NCBI GenBank assembly: GCA_964491205.1
Contig: CAZBGC010000008.1
Location: forward strand, 14,675 to 78,674
Length of the DNA: 64,000 bases
Direction of reading: 5' to 3'
DNA from: an uncultured Pirellulaceae bacterium
GTDB taxonomy: Bacteria > Planctomycetota > Planctomycetia > Pirellulales > Pirellulaceae
The position numbers and the translations under genes are program-made. Of this stretch, positions 61,704-64,000 are shown one piece after another (position 1 is the first letter of the stretch; the number at the start of each line of letters is the position of its first letter). The notes under the pieces were generated by a model. The model saw only the letters and a program-made list of their open reading frames with translations, ran no database searches and was not told the origin of the DNA.

Positions 61704-63803
61704 GTGGAACCTCTAACTATTTTCGCGATCCTCATTGTCCTCGTTCTAGTGGCCGTGGTGATCGGCGTATCCGTCGTCAAAAGCTGCTATCTAGTCGTCG
61801 GTCCCGACAAGGCTATCGTCAAAACTGGCTGGGGATCCATGGACGTCACCACCGCAGGCGGCATGTTGGTCTACCCAGTGATCAACAAGGTCGAGTACAT
61901 GGACTTGACGCTGAAAAGCTTCGAGATCGCTCGACAAGGTAGCGAAGGCTTGATCTGTAAAGACAACATTCGCGCCGACATCAAGGTCGCATTCTTCATC
62001 CGGGTTGATAGCGACGAAACACAGATGAAAGAAGTCGCCCAGTCGATTGGTGCTAAACGTTGTTCGGAACTGGAGACGCTTCGCGAGTTGTTCGACGCAA
62101 AGTTCTCCGAAGCTCTGAAAACCGTCGGCAAGCAATTTGATTTCGTTGACCTGTACGACCAGCGTGACAAATTCAAAGACGAAATCCTGAAAGTCATCGG
62201 CACGGACTTGAACGGCTACCAGCTTGATGACGCCGCGATTGACTACCTGGAGCAAACTCCGCTTGAAATGCTCTCGCCCACCAACATCTTGGACGCCGAA
62301 GGGATCAAGAAGATCACTGAACTGACCTCGAACGAAAAGGTCAAGGAAAACCAGTTCACACGTGACAAAGAAAAGACGTTGAAGAAACAAGACGTCGAAG
62401 CAGAAGAGACAATCTTGGCTTTGGAACGCCAACGTGTTGAGGCTGTCGAGAAGCAGACTCGCGAAATCGCAGAAATCGCAGCGCGTGAACGTGCCTCGGC
62501 CAAAAAAGTCGAAGAAGAACAGCGTTTGGAAGCCGAACGTGCTCGCATCACCACCGAAGAAGAACTGGGCGTCGCCGAAGAGAACAAATTGCGTCAGGTC
62601 CTCGTTGCCCAACGTAGCAAAGAGAAAACTGACGCAGTCGAATTGGAGCGTGTCAATCGCGACCGTGACTTGGAAGCAACTGAACGTCTACGAGTCGTCG
62701 GTGTTGCCGAGGTCGAAAAAGAGAAGGCCATCGAAACCGAGAAGCGAAACATCCAAGAAGTGATTCGCGAACGGGTTGCCGTCGAACGCGCCGTTGTCGA
62801 AGAGCAAGAACGAATCAAGGACACCGAAGAGCACGCAGCTGCCGACCGACTGAAGAAAGTTCAGGTCACTGCTGCTGAAATGAAAGCTCAGGAAGAACTC
62901 ATTCGACTGACGCAACAAGCGCAAGCCGAAAAGGAATCTGCGGCACTTTTGGCTGAGAAAATACGCGTCGATGCCGAAGCAAAACGCGATGCTGCAGAAA
63001 AAGAAGCTGCTGGCCTGAAAATGCTGGCCGAAGCCGAAGCTGCTACCAAAGCCGCTGCTGGCTTGGCGGAAGTCCAAGTGCAAGAAGCTCGTGCGGTTAG
63101 CTTGGAAAAAGAAGGTGTCGCCGAAGCAACTGTCTTGCAAAGCAAAGCGGTCGCAGAAGCTAAAGGCATCTCCGCCAAAGCCGAAGCGATCGAAAAGCAA
63201 GGTCTTGCCGAGGCCAACGTGGAACTAGAGAAGTTCCGCAGCGAAGCTCAAGGCATCACCGAGAAAGCCGAAGCGATGAAGATTTTGGACACGGTTGGAA
63301 AAGAACACGAAGAGTTCAAATTGCAGCTCAACAAAGAAAAGGATGTCGAGATCGCGGCCATCGATGCTCAGAAGGGCATTGCCGAAAGCCAAGCCGGTGT
63401 GGTTGGCGAAGCACTCAAAGCAGCTCGCATCGACATTGTCGGTGGCGACGGCGAGTTCTTCGACCAGATCACTTCTGCTGTCAAAGGCGGCAAGGCAATC
63501 GACCGATTCGTTTACAACAGCCGCGTAGCAACAGACATCAAGGACACGTTCTTCGACGGAAACGCCGAGTACTTTCGAGATCAGATCACGGCGATGATGG
63601 GCCAATTCAACTTGGACACCGACGGCGTGAAAGATCTTTCGATTGCTGCTTTGATCGCCAAGATGATGGGCATGGCCAAGACGGAAGACGTCCGATCCTC
63701 GCTGACCAGTCTGTTAGGCATGGCCAGCACAGCCAAAGTCGCCGACCAAAAAACCGGCCGACTGCTAGCATCGACTGCCAAGCCAACCAACGGCAAAGCG
63801 TAG
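61704..63803 (+). CDS. Flotillin-like SPFH/band-7 protein (YqiK-type)
   Basis: 699 aa with a GTG start and an N-terminal TM helix (IFAILIVLVLVAVVIGV). The SPFH core reads CYLVVGPDKAIVKTGWG...LICKDNIRADIKVAFFIRV. A long A/E/K-rich coiled coil typical of flotillins follows. Confidence 0.85.
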   Translation: MEPLTIFAILIVLVLVAVVIGVSVVKSCYLVVGPDKAIVKTGWGSMDVTTAGGMLVYPVINKVEYMDLTLKSFEIARQGSEGLICKDNIRADIKVAFFIRVDSDETQMKEVAQSIGAKRCSELETLRELFDAKFSEALKTVGKQFDFVDLYDQRDKFKDEILKVIGTDLNGYQLDDAAIDYLEQTPLEMLSPTNILDAEGIKKITELTSNEKVKENQFTRDKEKTLKKQDVEAEETILALERQRVEAVEKQTREIAEIAARERASAKKVEEEQRLEAERARITTEEELGVAEENKLRQVLVAQRSKEKTDAVELERVNRDRDLEATERLRVVGVAEVEKEKAIETEKRNIQEVIRERVAVERAVVEEQERIKDTEEHAAADRLKKVQVTAAEMKAQEELIRLTQQAQAEKESAALLAEKIRVDAEAKRDAAEKEAAGLKMLAEAEAATKAAAGLAEVQVQEARAVSLEKEGVAEATVLQSKAVAEAKGISAKAEAIEKQGLAEANVELEKFRSEAQGITEKAEAMKILDTVGKEHEEFKLQLNKEKDVEIAAIDAQKGIAESQAGVVGEALKAARIDIVGGDGEFFDQITSAVKGGKAIDRFVYNSRVATDIKDTFFDGNAEYFRDQITAMMGQFNLDTDGVKDLSIAALIAKMMGMAKTEDVRSSLTSLLGMASTAKVADQKTGRLLASTAKPTNGKA

Positions 63804-63831
63804 TCACCTTTCAAGTCGTTTGAACACGATT

Positions 63832-63864
63832 GCGTCCGACTTTCTCGCTGGGATAGTCGGACGC
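63832..63864 (+). terminator. Strong hairpin downstream of the flotillin gene
   Basis: GCGTCCGACT (63832-63841) and AGTCGGACGC (63855-63864) form a perfect 10-bp stem with a 13-nt loop, 29 nt after the stop. No U-tract is present. Confidence 0.5.
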
Positions 63865-64000
63865 AGGACGGCTGGACTCCTCTGGGGGGCCAGTGAAAGA
63901 AGACCTTTCCAAACAACGATAGACTCTGCATCAATCTCCGCGTCGAGCGCAAGAACGAGAACTCACGAACACCATGTCCGACACTCAACTCGCAGCCGGC

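Noticed and set aside
61791-63200. Long minus-strand ORFs (273 aa at 61791-62612, 170 aa at 62688-63200, and others) antisense to the flotillin gene
   Set aside because: They lie entirely inside a confidently assigned SPFH/flotillin CDS. Their translations are low-complexity (F/L/S/R-rich). They are the mirror image of the GAA/GCN-rich coiled-coil codons, which is a typical antisense-frame artefact.
63974-64000. ATG-initiated plus-strand reading frame at the window edge (MSDTQLAAG...)
   Set aside because: Only 9 codons are visible, which is too short to support a call.
1-64000. Search for mobile elements, prophage genes, integrases and flanking inverted or direct repeats
   Set aside because: No transposase, integrase, recombinase or phage structural motifs were recognised in any frame. 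No long terminal repeats were noticed. The region looks like core or accessory chromosome and not like a mobile island.

Overview
The window looks like a densely coded chromosomal segment from a Planctomycetota genome, probably Pirellulales-like. The signs are several formylglycine-type sulfatases, repeated DUF1080 domains, a CxxCH 'PVC-type' heme protein, a DUF1559-type H-X-DG module, and a giant cadherin/dockerin protein with the N-terminal LE.LE.RxLLA motif. I call about 40 protein-coding genes. I found no rRNA, tRNA, CRISPR array, transposase or integrase. All family calls come from motifs I read in the translations; no database search was possible.

Layout:
- 1-8.3 kb: exported sugar and sulfate-ester processing genes. 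These are a DUF1080-cytochrome c fusion that runs off the window edge and is absent from the ORF track, a PmoA-like protein, a DSD1-like PLP enzyme, two sulfatases and a tandem-DUF1080 protein.
- 8.4-19.3 kb: an orphan condensation-domain protein, a beta-helix protein, an exported TPR-CHAT protease, SDR+DUF2867, an acidic hypothetical protein, an acyltransferase-3 and an ankyrin lipoprotein.
- 19.35-34.6 kb: eight co-directional, partly translationally coupled genes. They extend the MoxR-DUF58-BatA/vWA (Bat-type) core with a TPR-zincin, DUF4159, a 1230-aa DUF4175-like coiled-coil protein, an 831-aa membrane protein and a terminal legumain (C13)-like peptidase.
- 34.9-43.9 kb: RecQ, a 1820-aa adhesin-like giant and a DnaQ-BRCT exonuclease.
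- 44-49.9 kb: a lipase-like hydrolase followed by two tandem, exported caspase (C14) paralogs with SH3-like modules and Q/Y-rich prion-like tails.
- 50-64 kb: TauE, a permease, an ECF sigma factor with an unusual anti-sigma::pseudopilin(DUF1559)-like partner, a methyltransferase, a PQQ-propeller + ADP-ribosylglycohydrolase pair, RbsD/FucU, and an S2P(CBS)-YqiJ-flotillin module.

I cannot point to one unambiguous new system. The best candidates for follow-up are the extended MoxR/vWA cluster bracketed by peptidases, the tandem caspases with prion-like tails, and the anti-sigma/pseudopilin chimera.
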